From contig MU055753.1 of the NCBI GenBank assembly GCA_013239625.1, positions 3,830,153 to 3,894,152 on the forward strand: DNA of 64,000 nt. The letters run 5' to 3'. This document shows positions 62,400 to 64,000 of the stretch, piece by piece. The position numbers and the translations under genes are program-made. The notes beneath the pieces were generated by a model. The model worked only from the letters and a program-made list of their open reading frames with translations. It was not told where the DNA came from and did no database searches. This stretch comes from Lama guanicoe. Its lineage: Eukaryota. Position 1 is the first letter of the stretch. Every line of letters starts with the position of its first letter.

Positions 62400-63030
62400 A
62401 CGCAACCAGCGGGCCAAAGGGGGAAAGGGGACAAGATGGTCACATGGTCACAAATCACTTGTTAATTAAAAGGGAAAGTAGCTTTACAGAGAAACTGATG
62501 GATCAGGCTGATGTCACTGGGATGGACAGACATGGTGTTCCTCCCAGGGCAATGCCTTAGAAGGACACAGCGACATTTACCTGCTGTTCCGAAGAGCACA
62601 GGAGCTGAATCTCAAGAATCGTCAAAACGAACCCCATATAGGGACATGCTACCAAGTGACTGGCTGGACCTTCTAAGACCACAGGGGAGGCAGACGTGGG
62701 CACACTTGGGGTCAAAGGATCCTCCAGACTGGTGCCCAGGAGCACAGGAAGGTGCTGGGAACATTCAAGTGAGGTGGCCCCATCCATGTTATGTCCCTGG
62801 TTTTCCTCACTATGCTCTGGTTACATAGGTCAGTCCTTGGCCTTACAAGAGATACACTGGACATTTTAAGGGCACAATTAGGGGCAACTGATGATCAAAT
62901 GGTTCAGAAATGTTAGACTGTGAGCATGAAAAAACAGCTGTGTCAAAATGTTAGCAACAGGGAATCTGGTGAAGGGTGTGAAGTACTATGTTAGCTGACT
63001 CTCTGAAATTACATCAAAGTAAATTTTCAA
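62400..63030 (+). mobile_element. Ancient L1MC-like 3'UTR fragment
   Basis: gggacatgctaccaagtgactggctgg...caaaatgttagcaacagggaatctggtgaagggt...ctctgaaattacatcaaagtaa. Degenerate; boundaries approximate. Confidence 0.5.
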
Positions 63031-64000
63031 GCACAGGAGGGAGCTGGCAAGAATGGACTTCAACAGATCACCGTCCCTCTCTGAGGCCCTTCCCAGTGGG
63101 TGGCTGTGGGGGGAAACGTCCACTTCTCAGGGCAGCCTGAGGGTCAGCCTAGGAGAGGCTGCAGCTTGAGGTTCTGCCAAGTCAGTGAGGCAGGTGTGCT
63201 CAAGAGTCCTGGGTTGGGGATGAGAGCACAGATGAAGGCCATCCCTCAGCAGGGGCTGTATGGGTCCAGGGACGACAGACAGGACAGGAGCAGCCTGGGA
63301 TGTGCAAGTGGCATCTCTTCGTGGCTGCCAGTGGCTAGAGTGACCAGTATTCCCTTGGCCAGCTCTGGTAGCAGGCTGGGGCTGGCCTTTGGGAGATGGG
63401 CAGGGAGCCCCACACCCGGCACAGATTGACAGCTGCCAGGCAAGGCCTGGGACATGGCCACCACTGCCTGGTGGGCTGGGCAGATCAGGGGAGAAAATTC
63501 AGTGGGAGGGGTGGCAGACCCCGTGTGCCATCTCCGAGTCTTGGCATTTGGTGACCGGGAAGGCGGCCCCAGAAATACAGGTGACAGAGGCTATTCTCAG
63601 CAGGTCTGGGTGTTAGTCTTGCCCTCCATGACTCGTGTGGGGCCCTCTGCTGACCCTTGGTGGAGATGCAGGCCTGGGAGTTGCTGAGTGACCTCTTTGG
63701 GCTCCAACCCCTCCCCTCCACAGCCTGGACAACAGGCAGAGGAAGCTACCTGAGGGTCCCTGGAGGCTGCAGGACAGGTAGAGTCCATCAGGTAGTGCCC
63801 CTACCCTGCAGGGAGTCCTTAGGGTTCAGGCAATGACATATTCATCAGAGACAGGAGTGGCTCACCACCACCACCACCCTGCTCCCAGACAGGCCTGCAT
63901 CCCTGCCCTCGGCCCGGTCCTGGGAGCTCCCCGACACCAGGGCAAGGCCAAAAATGGAAAGGAAGTGGCCCTGGGTCCATCCACCCATGCCAGGACATCT

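Noticed and set aside
61000-64000. PIGQ 3' end expected from synteny
   Set aside because: No recognisable PIGQ coding exon or clear minus-strand poly(A) signal in the window.

Overview
Mammalian, GC-rich genomic DNA syntenic with human 16p13.3, in inverted orientation. Two tRNA-Ala-derived Vic-1-like SINEs suggest a camelid (inference). Gene order: WDR90 (minus strand; 35 core coding exons from the ATG at 14153, running off the left edge), MCRIP2/FAM195A (minus, complete, 156 aa), tRNA-Gly(CCC) (plus), METTL26/C16orf13 (plus, apparently disrupted), WFIKKN1 (minus, complete, 548 aa) and RAB40C (minus, 281 aa predicted; most of coding exon 1 lies in an N-run). The rest is introns and intergenic DNA with L1, MaLR/MER21-like LTR, MIR and SINE fragments, CpG islands and three N-runs. 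I found no wholly new multi-gene system. The strongest observations are: three lesions in METTL26 (candidate lineage-specific gene loss); a stop-containing, frame-preserving candidate exon and an extra 63-nt exon in WDR90; a four-unit CCAAT-pair/ACGTC/GC-box array upstream of RAB40C; a CLEAR/E-box plus RFX cluster at the WDR90 promoter; an L1 inserted at the tRNA terminator; and a locally templated 91-bp insertion. Gene identities come from recalled human orthologue sequences, not from database searches.
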